From Candidatus Freyarchaeum deiterrae (GTDB taxonomy: Archaea; Asgardarchaeota; Jordiarchaeia; Jordiarchaeales; Jordiarchaeaceae): a DNA stretch of 64,000 bases. The stretch is from contig CP147778.1 of NCBI GenBank assembly GCA_037305845.1, positions 3,488,001-3,552,000 on the forward strand. The letters run 5' to 3'. Made by a program: the position numbers and the translations under genes. The notes below the pieces were generated by a model. It saw nothing but the letters and a program-made list of their open reading frames with translations. It had not been told where the DNA came from and ran no database searches. Below are positions 1 through 9,990 of this stretch, piece by piece (the first letter of the stretch is position 1; each line of letters begins with the position of its first letter).

Positions 1-216
1 TTCTGGGCCGGCCTCGCCAATATGTCACACTTCTTCGGAGGATCGCTATACCGAATACTCACAGGGGTCACGCCAAACTTCCTAAACATGAATGGAATCC
101 TAGTTATAATGCTGATGTTTGGCTTCGGATTCGTGGGAGGAGTAATAGGAATCCTCGTAGCCAGCCCATTTATAAAAACCGTGAAAAAGAAAAAAGAGAG
201 AAAACTAGCGCCCTAG
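1..216 (+). CDS. 3' end of a membrane protein (probably begins before the window)
   Basis: Hydrophobic Gly-rich helix followed by a basic tail (KKKKERK); the frame is open from the window edge. Confidence 0.55.
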   Translation, partial: FWAGLANMSHFFGGSLYRILTGVTPNFLNMNGILVIMLMFGFGFVGGVIGILVASPFIKTVKKKKERKLAP

Positions 217-932
217 AGATATGATTTGGGGTCAACAATTACCCAATCACTTCCCACTTTTTTTACTTTAACCACAGGCTCGCCTCCCTCCAAGAAGGGT
301 CTCACCCTTTCCGCGTCAATAACTTCATCCTCGCCCAGAAGAATTCCCTCAGCTGAAACAACTCTAGAAACACCTATTACTTCCAGTTCACGCACCGTAA
401 GTTTCCGTGGCAGACTTCTCAGACTTTTTGGATCCTCAGGGGTTCTGCCTCCGAGTTCAAGGAACCATCCATCATTGCCAGATTGGGCGAGACCCACAGC
501 AGCTAAGGCTCCTATAACGCCCAGCCTTGTGCCCGCTACGCCCTCAAGCAGCACACCATTTTTTAAGGCTACCGTGTACGCTTCCTTCATGGTCACTATA
601 ACTTTTTGCGTCTTTCTTCCGAATTCTACTATCTCATCTTTTTTCGAGTTTGAGACTGCTACACCCGGATCACTTCCCTTAATACTCTCTTCAGCAACCA
701 TATCGTAAACCATCTGGAAAACCTTGTTAATATTATTACCATCATCCAGAATGTGAATTGCCTTAGAGCTGTTCTTACGAGTACACGGGATACGAGGATC
801 CTGGAGAAGCTGGTGCCGAGTAACACCAAGAATACTAAAGCGCTCAGAAAGCTTATTTGCAACCTTTCTAGCCAGCCTACCAGTCCCGCTCTCGTCGGGC
901 ATATCCGTATCATCAATTCCAACAAAAATCAA
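213..932 (-). CDS. TiaS N-terminal-like (DUF1743-type) protein, standalone
   Basis: IFVGIDDTD...GTG, RHQL, IPCTRKNSS, SDPGVAV and GVIGALAAVGL motifs; TTG start at 932 after a GGGGTG SD; lacks the OB/Zn domains of full TiaS. Confidence 0.75.
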   Translation of the reverse strand: MIFVGIDDTDMPDESGTGRLARKVANKLSERFSILGVTRHQLLQDPRIPCTRKNSSKAIHILDDGNNINKVFQMVYDMVAEESIKGSDPGVAVSNSKKDEIVEFGRKTQKVIVTMKEAYTVALKNGVLLEGVAGTRLGVIGALAAVGLAQSGNDGWFLELGGRTPEDPKSLRSLPRKLTVRELEVIGVSRVVSAEGILLGEDEVIDAERVRPFLEGGEPVVKVKKVGSDWVIVDPKSYL

Positions 933-976
933 AATAAAACACCCCAAAAATAAAAATAAAAAAGGGAATAAATACC

Positions 977-1612
977 TTATGCTGTGAGGTTGAAAGTAAT
1001 CGCAATTGTAAACACTGACTTAACATAATATTGTTTTGCAAAGTAATTTGGGGACCCTCCGTATCCAGTAGGTGCGCAGAATTTACATGTCCCAATATAG
1101 GTAGCAGTCCCTCCACCGCCTCCCTCAGCGTAGTCAAGTATGGGATACTGCGAAGTAATGTTTCCCAGAAGCCAATGTAAACCTCCGTATACCATTTGCC
1201 CTAGTCCGTTATCTCCTCCGGCCGCGCCCGAAACTTGTATACTCAGTTGCTTAGAGTCTGTTAGGTTCAGGGTTGTTAAGTCCAAGCTGAAAAAATAGTA
1301 TGTAATATTATTAAGCGAGGGCCCAGACTCTGGGGAACCTGTCGATCCGGATGCGAAAGTAGTGTTTTGAAGTGGGCTAAGGTCGCTCCAAGTTAATTTC
1401 TTTATTGTTGTTACTGTGTTGTTTGGGTCTGTTGCGTTTGTGACATAAAATGTTATACCGTAGGATATTGGAATACCGAAATAGGCATAGAGGACCAGAT
1501 TTGTGTTTTGTTGCTGGTTTGCGAGTGTGTTGCCATAGGAGATTGTTACTCCCCCTAGTGAGACAATTGCAATTATCCCTATTGCGGCAAGCACTATTTC
1601 TGTTCGGTTCAT
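977..1612 (-). CDS. Membrane-anchored secreted protein, weakly resembling a molybdopterin-dependent oxidoreductase-like domain
   Basis: N-terminal TM/signal and N-x-T sequons; the C-terminal KFCAP...YVKSVFTIAI resembles the end of the Oxidored_molyb fold (weak). Confidence 0.5.
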   Translation of the reverse strand: MNRTEIVLAAIGIIAIVSLGGVTISYGNTLANQQQNTNLVLYAYFGIPISYGITFYVTNATDPNNTVTTIKKLTWSDLSPLQNTTFASGSTGSPESGPSLNNITYYFFSLDLTTLNLTDSKQLSIQVSGAAGGDNGLGQMVYGGLHWLLGNITSQYPILDYAEGGGGGTATYIGTCKFCAPTGYGGSPNYFAKQYYVKSVFTIAITFNLTA

Positions 1613-1881
1613 TCTCATCACCAAACTAGAAGATGAAACGATATGCTTTTCTGAGCATGTCGATATTTAAATCTTTTGGCGGACCGAGAACTTTTAAAAA
1701 GTCGATAACACGGTTAATTTGCAAGATCAACTTTTTGGGCTGGAGCTTCCTTATTTAGTTGAGTATCGTTAATAATCGAAAAGAGAGATATAGGTGATTG
1801 GAAAAAACTCTTGCAAATGGGATTTAAATTAATCCATGATAGGGGCGTTACATTCGACAGCGCCGTCACACTTCAAGAATC

Positions 1882-2847
1882 CTAATGCTCTGCACCTTCA
1901 TAACATTTTTTTGCCTCATCATGTTTCCCAAGTTTATCTAACGCAGCACCTTTGTTGTTCCATGCCTGAACATAGTTGGGGTTTAGTCTTATCGCCTCAT
2001 CAAAGTATTTCACCGACTCATCATACTTCCCAAGAGTGAGTAATGTAAACCCTTTGTTGTTCCAGGCTGTAGCATAGTTAGGATTTAGTCTTATTGCCTC
2101 ATCAAAGCTTTTTACTGCCTCATCATACTTTTCAAGGGTGAGTAATGCAAGACCTTTGTTGTTCCAGGCCGTAGCGTCCTTGGGGTTTATTTTAATTGCC
2201 TTATGAAAGCACTTTATTGCTTCAACCTGCTTCCCAAGATTGAGCAAGTCTAGACCTTTGTTGTTCCAGGCTGTAGCGTCGTCGGGGTTTAGTCTTATTG
2301 CATCATCGAAGTATTTCACTGCCTCATCGTACTTCTCAAGAATGCCCAACGCTAAGCCTTTGTTGTTCAATGCCTGAGCATAGTTGGGGTTTAGTCTTAT
2401 TGCCTCATCGAAGTATTTCACCGACTCATCATACTTCCCAAGATTAAGCAATATGAAGCCTTTATTGTTCCAGGCTGTAGCTTCTTTGGGGTTTATTTTA
2501 ATTGCCTTATCAAAGTATTTTACTGCCTCATCATACTTCTCAAGTGTGAGTAATATGAAGCCTTTGTTGTTCCATGCCTGAGCATAGTTGGGGTTTAGTC
2601 TTATCGCCTCATTGAAACATTTTTCCGCTTCATCGTATTTTCCCAGATTACTCAATGCCACACCTTTGTTATTCCATACCCAATCCAAATTGGGGTCTAT
2701 TTTGATTGCCTCATTACAGCGGTTTATTGCCTCTTCATACTTCCTGTGATTAATTAAAGCCTTGACCTCGTTTTCCGAAATAGGTTCGGCGGATGTATTG
2801 TTTTTGCTATTCTTTCTCTTTTCAGGCATTCCCATCACTTCTTTCAC
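1882..2847 (-). CDS. Tetratricopeptide repeat protein
   Basis: About 8 tandem 34-aa repeats AWNNKGxxLxxLGKYDEAVKYFDEAIRLNP, with 102-bp DNA periodicity; the start may be the Met at 2829. Confidence 0.95.
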   Translation of the reverse strand: MKEVMGMPEKRKNSKNNTSAEPISENEVKALINHRKYEEAINRCNEAIKIDPNLDWVWNNKGVALSNLGKYDEAEKCFNEAIRLNPNYAQAWNNKGFILLTLEKYDEAVKYFDKAIKINPKEATAWNNKGFILLNLGKYDESVKYFDEAIRLNPNYAQALNNKGLALGILEKYDEAVKYFDDAIRLNPDDATAWNNKGLDLLNLGKQVEAIKCFHKAIKINPKDATAWNNKGLALLTLEKYDEAVKSFDEAIRLNPNYATAWNNKGFTLLTLGKYDESVKYFDEAIRLNPNYVQAWNNKGAALDKLGKHDEAKKCYEGAEH

Positions 2848-3046
2848 TAAAAATTTTGTTCAATAAACTCAGATATCAACATAGGAATAATAATACTTCA
2901 AGTAGAAATTATTATAAGTTCATTTTCAGTCAGTATGAAGTCTACTGGAATGTCGTGTTCTTTTTGGTTTTCAGGTAGTTGCAACTAAAACTTTTAAAGA
3001 GAAGCGTAGTGAATCTATAATCCCGTAGTTTGGATGAGCAGTGATT

Positions 3047-3370
3047 TCATAGAGTTGCTTCTACGTTTTGTTCCATCGCGTCTTGAATTATTGATGAAGT
3101 GGTTTTTATTCTTTCAAATTCTTCAGGTGTGTAGCAGAGATAATCTACGTGTTTTGGAAACCTTGCTGTTTTTAATACTTTTTCCGCTCTTTTGATAAAT
3201 GGAATACCTCTAAAAGCTTCAGAGATTATAATTACGTCGAGATCAGACTCCTCCTTTGCGTTTCCGGTTACTCTTGAACCAAAAAACAATACCCTTTCGG
3301 GCTTGATGTCTTGAACAATTCGGGGTAGAGCCTCTTTTTGAAATTTTTCTATCCAGATATCATTCACCAT
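3047..3370 (-). CDS. Minimal nucleotidyltransferase (MNT) antitoxin
   Basis: FFGSRVTG...ESDLDVIIIS motif; overlaps the HEPN gene. Confidence 0.9.
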   Translation of the reverse strand: MVNDIWIEKFQKEALPRIVQDIKPERVLFFGSRVTGNAKEESDLDVIIISEAFRGIPFIKRAEKVLKTARFPKHVDYLCYTPEEFERIKTTSSIIQDAMEQNVEATL

Positions 3371-3764
3371 CGTCTTCTTCTCCTATTGTATATCTATTTT
3401 TCAAGAGTCTAAAAATTTTTTTCGCTGATTCAACTTTTTCTTTTGCAATCTTTTTATCATATTGCTCGTAGGGAACCACATCGCTTACGTCAGGATATCT
3501 TGCAAATGTATAATCTGCTGTAAGCTCCAAAATATGCGACATTGCTTCTCCAGAAACGTTGAGTTTCTCGGCCAGCTCATCAATATAATGTATTTTGGGC
3601 ACTTTCTTATTTTCCAAAGCGAAAATAGCTTTTAATAGCTTTTCAACTGCCTGATGTGCAAGGAATGCTGCTACATCATATCCTTCAATTTCTATATTTC
3701 TCTCAGCTATCTCAAGGTCATGTAATGCTTGTTTCAACCATTTCTTTCCGATGTCTTTCGTCAT
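3360..3764 (-). CDS. HEPN domain protein
   Basis: WLKQAxxDL, AFLAHQAVEKLLKA, PKIH and ARYPD motifs; start set to MTKD. Confidence 0.9.
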   Translation of the reverse strand: MTKDIGKKWLKQALHDLEIAERNIEIEGYDVAAFLAHQAVEKLLKAIFALENKKVPKIHYIDELAEKLNVSGEAMSHILELTADYTFARYPDVSDVVPYEQYDKKIAKEKVESAKKIFRLLKNRYTIGEEDDGE

Positions 3765-4034
3765 CTCTCTACCTCTACCTTCTCTTTCCGGTCCTTCACA
3801 AAATATCCCGGCAAGGAAAACCATCCTTTTTTATAGGAGGAGAAATTGCTACCATAAAACTATTCATGTATTAAAGTGTATTAAAACGACATGGCAGTCA
3901 GTTTAATAGGGGTTATAGTTGAAGCCCTTATAAATAACTTGCTACCGAACTCGCGAGGAATATTATAAAGACCCAAAATTCGAAGACTCTTATGCCAATT
4001 GTTCAGCATGATCTTGAAGTACATGAATGATGTT

Positions 4035-4619
4035 TCAAGAAGAAATCATTATTAGCTCCTTCTCGGTCAGTATGAAGTCTACGATGATATCGTGTTCCTG
4101 TGCGAGGTTTGAGAAGTCTTCGAAAACTTGTCTTGAGTGAACTAGGGTCCCGGACAATATTTTTGGGTTTCTCTCTTTTAGGTAAGCTAGTTCCTTGTCG
4201 CCGTATCCTGAGCCCTTTCCTATGCGGTTGCCTTTTTTGTCTACCGCTACGCTTCCCACCACGGCTACGTCCACGCTTCTTGTCAACGGTTCACCATCCC
4301 CAATAAGATCCCTGATGGATACTTTCACGGGTGTTCCTGGCCTCATCATTTTGAAGCTCGTCATATGTGGGGTGGAGTAAGCCAGAATCTTGCCGTCCAT
4401 CAGAACCATGCGTCTGAAGGGTATTAGAACTCCGTCGGGAGGAGAGAAAACACACTCAGCCTTCTCATACTCTTCCAGTTTCCTAATCTGCCTGCCTGCA
4501 GCGTCGGCTCCCACAAAGTTCGGTATCCTTCCATGCGGCGGGTAGGGAAACGCGGCGATTCTTTCCTCAACCATCATATCCCACACATAATCCCGGATTT
4601 CCTTTTTACTGTTCCACAC
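4035..4619 (-). CDS. 5-formyltetrahydrofolate cyclo-ligase family protein
   Basis: KKEIRDYVW, GRIPNFVGA, GSVAVDKKGNRIGKGSGYGD and HDIIVDFILT motifs. Confidence 0.9.
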   Translation of the reverse strand: MWNSKKEIRDYVWDMMVEERIAAFPYPPHGRIPNFVGADAAGRQIRKLEEYEKAECVFSPPDGVLIPFRRMVLMDGKILAYSTPHMTSFKMMRPGTPVKVSIRDLIGDGEPLTRSVDVAVVGSVAVDKKGNRIGKGSGYGDKELAYLKERNPKILSGTLVHSRQVFEDFSNLAQEHDIIVDFILTEKELIMISS

Positions 4620-4867
4620 TAGTGGGTTCCTCCAAAAACTTGCATATCTTTCTGGCTGTTAAATATTATCATTATTGTCTTGGAGGTAGGTGTTAAAAAA
4701 TACTATCAATGCCTATGCAAGCGGTCTTTGGTTCTGTGAAGGAATGGTTTGAAGAGTAAACGTCTGCAGGATATTGAGTAGTGCTCTGTTCTGAGACCTG
4801 CGAAATAAATCTTTGGCTTCAAGAAAGAATTCAGAAAAACAAGAGGGGGATAAAAAAAAAGTAGTTC

Positions 4868-5872
4868 TTACATCTGTTTTTCTTCTGCTTTTCTTCTGAA
4901 GTTGACCGCGAAGAATAGGATTCCTAGTGCGATGATTCCCAGGCCTCCCGCGATTGATAGGAAGGGAATCGTTTTGTAGAAAAGTAGTATCAGAAGGGCT
5001 CCTGCGGCCACGTGTGCGGCTCCTAGTGTTAGTGTTTCTGCTCGGAAGCTTCTTGTGATGGGTGTTTGAGCGTTGATGATTCTGCCGTTTGATCCGTCGA
5101 TTAGTGCTTTGTAGTCTTTTCTTTTGTAGGTGTATTGGATTTCGTATATTGGAAGGTGTATGTAGTAGAGGGCTTCCTCTTTTATGTTATCGTTTCTGCT
5201 TTCGATTATTTTTACTTCTTTGCGTATTTCTCTTTCCTGTGAACCCAAAACGTTTTGGTTCAGTCTGTTCTTTACTTCGTCGTAGCTTAACTCGGAGTCT
5301 ATTATTTCTCCGTTAACGTCTTTCACGTGTTTTATGTCGAAGTATTCCTTCCCACTAACTGTGACAATGTAGTTTTTCAAGGATTCCTGGCTTTTATCTA
5401 GGCTTATCCCGATTAGGGGAATTTGGTACTCTCTTATGACCTCTCCGGTTTCCTCTTTTTTGTAGTAACTTACGTGTTCGTACCAGCCGGGTGCATCGTA
5501 TGCCGGAGTGCTAAACCTGGGCCAGTCGTCTAATCCCCGGTATGGTGTGTCCGCTGCGTATTGTCCAACCCATAGGGGATAGAATGTGAGTTTTTGGCTG
5601 TGGATGTTGGTTGCTGCCTCAAAATTTTTGGGTGCTCCCGGAACTTTGCTAATCCATGCCCCGAGTAAATTTTTGGCCTGGTCGGGCGTGTAGTGGCACC
5701 TCACGATGTAATGGTCTTTTAGTATATACTTTTTCTTTTCTTTTTTCGATACGCCGGGTTCCGCTACCATCTTTGAAACCTGTATGGCAGTGCCGCAGTA
5801 ATCACAGGTGTGAATCACGGCATCTTCGCGAACGCTTAAATCCGCACCACAATTTGGACAACTAATATCCAT
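4868..5872 (-). CDS. Zinc-ribbon membrane protein (paralogue 1)
   Basis: CPNCGA...CDYCGT, YPLW, HLPIY, two C-terminal TM helices; alternative GTG start at 5893. Confidence 0.8.
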   Translation of the reverse strand: MDISCPNCGADLSVREDAVIHTCDYCGTAIQVSKMVAEPGVSKKEKKKYILKDHYIVRCHYTPDQAKNLLGAWISKVPGAPKNFEAATNIHSQKLTFYPLWVGQYAADTPYRGLDDWPRFSTPAYDAPGWYEHVSYYKKEETGEVIREYQIPLIGISLDKSQESLKNYIVTVSGKEYFDIKHVKDVNGEIIDSELSYDEVKNRLNQNVLGSQEREIRKEVKIIESRNDNIKEEALYYIHLPIYEIQYTYKRKDYKALIDGSNGRIINAQTPITRSFRAETLTLGAAHVAAGALLILLFYKTIPFLSIAGGLGIIALGILFFAVNFRRKAEEKQM

Positions 5873-5893
5873 ATTTTTTTCCACCTTCCTCAC

Positions 5894-6907
5894 TCAATCT
5901 TTTTCTAACTGCATTCTAAAAGCTGTACGCGTCAAAACGAAGCTTAGTGCAATAGCCGCGACTCCGAGTATTATCAACAAGTTTCCTAGCCAGCCACTCA
6001 TGTTAAGGATGTTATTCAGAATTGAGAAGCCGTACTGGCCTGAAATTGCGCCGAGGATAATAAGTGACAGACCCCCGAGATAATTTGCCGCCCTCCGCCC
6101 AAGAGTTAGGGGAATTTCACCCTTCAAGATTGTGCCGGAGTCTCCTATTATTGAAACTTTGTACACCTTGTTTTTGAACTTGTATCTAACCTGCCATAAT
6201 GGCGCATGAACGTAAATGGGGTTGTACATTTCAATTTTGGAATCGCATCTAACCAGTTTATAGACTTTACTGCCTGCAATTCTCCGGTTCTCGTCTTCCA
6301 CCCAGCCATACGCTTCCCTAGATGCCTCCACGGGATTAACTTCCGCATTTATGAACTCCGCTTCAAGGCTTTTTATTTTCTCAAAGTCGAAAGCTTCGGT
6401 ACCGTCCAGCTTCAGCTTCTTCTCGAAATTATTTAACCCGTAAAAAGCAGTATGCTTCCTAGCTATGACCTTTTCTCCACCAGACCCTGCAAAATCTCCC
6501 GCCTCCTCTCTGTATATCGGAACGCTGTACGTTCTGGTGTGAGGATTACCCGCCCTGTCGTAGGTTGTACTTGTGCGTGTTACTGTGGATCTTTTTACTC
6601 CGTAATAGTGGGTGTTTGAGTTAAATGGGCAAACCCAGTAGGGAATATAGTTCAGCTTCAACTCTTCTATCACGGCCTGCTTGTCCAGTCCACGTGTAAC
6701 TCCCTCGTGTTTCTGCAAGAATTTTATTGTATTACTTTTAATTGCTTTCTCCTGCAAAGTCGGCAACATCTGATGATCCGAAACATTCTTCCCTTCAACG
6801 TCAAAAGTTGATCCACAATACTTACAAGTTATAACGACATCCTCGGGTGAAATAGCTATAATAACACCACATGTCGGACACGGCTTAGTTAACTCTTCCT
6901 TCGCCAT
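5894..6907 (-). CDS. Zinc-ribbon membrane protein (paralogue 2)
   Basis: CPTCG...CKYCGS, YIPYW, HAPLW, two C-terminal TM helices. Confidence 0.85.
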   Translation of the reverse strand: MAKEELTKPCPTCGVIIAISPEDVVITCKYCGSTFDVEGKNVSDHQMLPTLQEKAIKSNTIKFLQKHEGVTRGLDKQAVIEELKLNYIPYWVCPFNSNTHYYGVKRSTVTRTSTTYDRAGNPHTRTYSVPIYREEAGDFAGSGGEKVIARKHTAFYGLNNFEKKLKLDGTEAFDFEKIKSLEAEFINAEVNPVEASREAYGWVEDENRRIAGSKVYKLVRCDSKIEMYNPIYVHAPLWQVRYKFKNKVYKVSIIGDSGTILKGEIPLTLGRRAANYLGGLSLIILGAISGQYGFSILNNILNMSGWLGNLLIILGVAAIALSFVLTRTAFRMQLEKD

Positions 6908-7153
6908 GATAAAACCACGCTAACATTTGAACAATAAGTAATACTATCAAGTATATATTTATTCTCGGAAAAACCAACTATCCATTTTCTTAACCACAAT
7001 ATAAGAAAAAACCCGAAAAAACACTCTAGTACTTGGTTCAAAATAAAAACGCTTACTTAATACATGAACCTCTTTTTTTTCCGCCTGCTCAGCTGATTCC
7101 ATTTTCTAGAAAAAATGCTCTTTATCTATGTAACTTTCTAGGGAGCCGACTTC

Positions 7154-8173
7154 TTAGATATCTGATTTTTCCAACTGCGTTCTAAAAGCTCTAAGCGTCA
7201 AAGCGAAACTTATTACAATCGCCGCGGCTCCGAGAATCATCAACACATAGCCAGGCTCGCTACTCGTGCTAAGGACATTGTTCAGGATGGATAAGCCGTA
7301 TTGGCCTGCGAATGCTCCTGCGATAATAAGGGAAAGTCCCGCGAAGTAATTGGCAGCCCTTCGCCTGAGGGTTAGGGGAATTTCACCCTTCAAAATTGTT
7401 CCCGAGTCTCCTATTACTGATACTTTGTATACCTTATTTTTGAACTTGTATCTAACCAGCCACAACGGTACATGAACATAAATGGGAGAGTGTACTTCAA
7501 TTTTAGAATTGAACCTTACCAGCTTGATTACTCTTTCGTTTGCGATTCGCCGATTCTCATCTTCTATCCTGCCAAATGCTTCTCTCGAAGCCTCAACCGG
7601 ATTAACTTCCGCGTTTATGAATTCTGCGTTAAGGCTTTTTATTTTGTTAAAATCGAAGACCTCTATATTATCCAACTTTAATTTCTTCTCGAAATTATTG
7701 AACCCGTAAAAAGCGGTGTGCTTTCTAGCGATGATTTTTTCTCCACCAGACCTAGCAAAATCCCCCTCCTCCGGTTTATATACAAGAACCGGAATATATG
7801 GGGGCGTCGTTCCCGCCTTGCTGCCATAAACCTTTACTTTACGCGATATCACGGATTGCTTTACTCCACAATAGTGGGTATTTGAGTTAAATGGGCATAG
7901 CCAGTAGGGAATATAGTTGAGCTTCAGTTCCTCTATAACGGCTTGTTTGTACAAACTCCAAGTTACTCCCTCGTGTTTCTTTAAGAATTTCATTGTATTA
8001 CTTTTAATTGCTTTCTCTTGCAGTGTTGGCAACATTTGATGACCCGGAACATTCTTTCCTTCAATGTCAAAAGTTGATCCGCAATACTTACAGGTAATCA
8101 CCACATCTTCGGGAGAAACCGCTATCACTACACCACAAGTCGGGCACTGCTTGGTTAACTCTTCCTTTGCCAT
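7154..8173 (-). CDS. Zinc-ribbon membrane protein (paralogue 3, close duplicate of 5894-6907)
   Basis: Colinear and highly similar to paralogue 2 along its whole length. Confidence 0.85.
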   Translation of the reverse strand: MAKEELTKQCPTCGVVIAVSPEDVVITCKYCGSTFDIEGKNVPGHQMLPTLQEKAIKSNTMKFLKKHEGVTWSLYKQAVIEELKLNYIPYWLCPFNSNTHYCGVKQSVISRKVKVYGSKAGTTPPYIPVLVYKPEEGDFARSGGEKIIARKHTAFYGFNNFEKKLKLDNIEVFDFNKIKSLNAEFINAEVNPVEASREAFGRIEDENRRIANERVIKLVRFNSKIEVHSPIYVHVPLWLVRYKFKNKVYKVSVIGDSGTILKGEIPLTLRRRAANYFAGLSLIIAGAFAGQYGLSILNNVLSTSSEPGYVLMILGAAAIVISFALTLRAFRTQLEKSDI

Positions 8174-8330
8174 GAAAAAACCACATTTGCATTTGAGCTA
8201 TACGTTTACACTTTTGATATATAGTTATTTTCGCATAATTGCATTACAACCCTCTGTATATGATGAAAGCGTATACATCTTCGGGGAGAAGAAAAGCCAG
8301 GGAAAGGGTAATCTCTCCAGAATTTTAAGC

Positions 8331-9590
8331 TTAAACTAGGTCTAACCATCTTTTTAGATGTCCGATGTATTGCATTTTAATGGGGCTGATTTTTTCCTTT
8401 TTTTCTACGATTTCTATGCCTTTTTTTATTTCTAGGATTAGAGTTTCTGGATTCTTCTTGGTGTCGAGATATCTTTCTTTTAGTGTGTGAGTTTTGATTT
8501 GTGCGGTTAATTCTTTTTTTTCTTCCGATAGTTTATCGTATTCCCCTCTTTTTTCTTCTTGAAGTTTTGATTTATGGAATCTGAGTTTTCCTTTTGAATA
8601 TTCAAAAGCCTCTGATTTTAAACTATTAATTCTCTCATTCGTATTGCTCAGAGTTTCCATTAAGGAAAAGGTTTTGAAATCATCTTTGCTTGCTATCTCT
8701 CCATAGTTTGAGATTATGGTTTTCATTATGGGATATGAGAAAAGTTTTTTGAAGAGAGAAAAGTATACTCTAGGTGTGGCTCCTCCTCCCCCGGTTTCTG
8801 TAATTTTCACTCCTTTGCCTTCTATACTGTAGCATAATCCTCTAAACTTTAATAATGGATCAAGTGGGGAAGAATAGACTGAGAATACCTCCTTTCTGGC
8901 CTCTTTTGTTATTCTTTCTACGAGTTCCTTAAAGGAAAGTAGGTACTCGCTGCTTACAGTAAATCTGTCGAATCCCAAAATCCCTAGTCCCAGTAAATTT
9001 CCCGAGATTTGAGACGCATAGGAAACAAGGTGATCAATTACTCGCGGATTTAATAGTAAGTCATAATCCCCAACTAGTAAGATGGGCATGAGGTTTTTTC
9101 TTATACTCTCAGTGATTTCAAATAGCTTCATATTAAGCTCAAACCAAGAATCGTTTTCTTCCACTATTGGGAAATAGGGAGGAATACAATAGGCAAGCTT
9201 TGATTTTTTAGTTGACTTTTCTTCCATCCACATTTCCAATTCTTTCTGTTCTTTTTCCATAACGCTCTCTTGAAAGTTGACAACTTTTTCAACAAATTTT
9301 TTAAAATCAGTATCTTCTAAATTCGATATGTCTAAGTCATAGGCTTCAGCTAAGCGCTCTATTGTAATTTTATTTTCTACATCTAGAAAAATAGAGGGGT
9401 GAAAATACCAAGTTGAAGAATCAATCAAATAATCCTTGTTTGTTTTTATAAGAAGGCTTGCGAAAGAGGTTTTATAAATTTCAAGTATATGAGCTTCGGT
9501 AAACAGCAAATCATAGTACTCGGCGTTTTCGAGTGCAAGTTCGTCTTGAGGAAGATACCTTATCGCTATTATCCTCTTTTTATTAGCCAT
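8331..9590 (-). CDS. Hypothetical protein, possibly TIM-barrel/beta-protein-like
   Basis: 419-aa ORF, AT-rich, overlapping the upstream gene by 8 nt; YLID, IPPYF and GGGGATPRVY motifs; fold assignment tentative. Confidence 0.6.
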   Translation of the reverse strand: MANKKRIIAIRYLPQDELALENAEYYDLLFTEAHILEIYKTSFASLLIKTNKDYLIDSSTWYFHPSIFLDVENKITIERLAEAYDLDISNLEDTDFKKFVEKVVNFQESVMEKEQKELEMWMEEKSTKKSKLAYCIPPYFPIVEENDSWFELNMKLFEITESIRKNLMPILLVGDYDLLLNPRVIDHLVSYASQISGNLLGLGILGFDRFTVSSEYLLSFKELVERITKEARKEVFSVYSSPLDPLLKFRGLCYSIEGKGVKITETGGGGATPRVYFSLFKKLFSYPIMKTIISNYGEIASKDDFKTFSLMETLSNTNERINSLKSEAFEYSKGKLRFHKSKLQEEKRGEYDKLSEEKKELTAQIKTHTLKERYLDTKKNPETLILEIKKGIEIVEKKEKISPIKMQYIGHLKRWLDLV

Positions 9591-9924
9591 AGATAATCCT
9601 AGCTTTATTTTTATTTACTTCAATAAGCCCCACATTATAGTGCTTGAAAATTCCTATATTAGCTTCCTTTACAGCTTCATGCCAGAGTGCAACATAAGCT
9701 TTTGAGAAGAAAAAAGTATTTATGTAAGCTTGAAAGATCGCTTCCTCCCACTTGTTAACCTTGAGCTCAACGGCTACTTTTTTCTCCTCTTCCCCTATTT
9801 TAAAAAAAACGAGGTCAACTCTTTTTCGGCTCATCGGTATTCTTATCTCTCTTTCATAGGTTTTGAAGCCATTGTCCCTGAAAAGCTTAATAACTGGTTT
9901 GTAGAGAATACTTTCCCTGAGCAT
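9583..9924 (-). CDS. Small PD-(D/E)XK nuclease-fold protein
   Basis: E...RVDLV...AVELK...AIFQA...YVAL...VGLIEV pattern. Confidence 0.75.
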   Translation of the reverse strand: MLRESILYKPVIKLFRDNGFKTYEREIRIPMSRKRVDLVFFKIGEEEKKVAVELKVNKWEEAIFQAYINTFFFSKAYVALWHEAVKEANIGIFKHYNVGLIEVNKNKARIIYG

Positions 9925-9990
9925 AATTTTTATACAACGCTTACTTTAATAAGTGTTCTTCTTTATTATTCTTGGAGGTTAAGATTGAAA

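Noticed and set aside
1828-1900. Possible frameshift at the TPR gene end (alternative frame RALGFLK...)
   Set aside because: It affects only a few terminal residues and cannot be distinguished from a natural end.
9730-9990. N-terminal extension of the 282-aa ORF
   Set aside because: It overlaps the nuclease gene on the opposite strand; the SD and domain start support ATG 9991.
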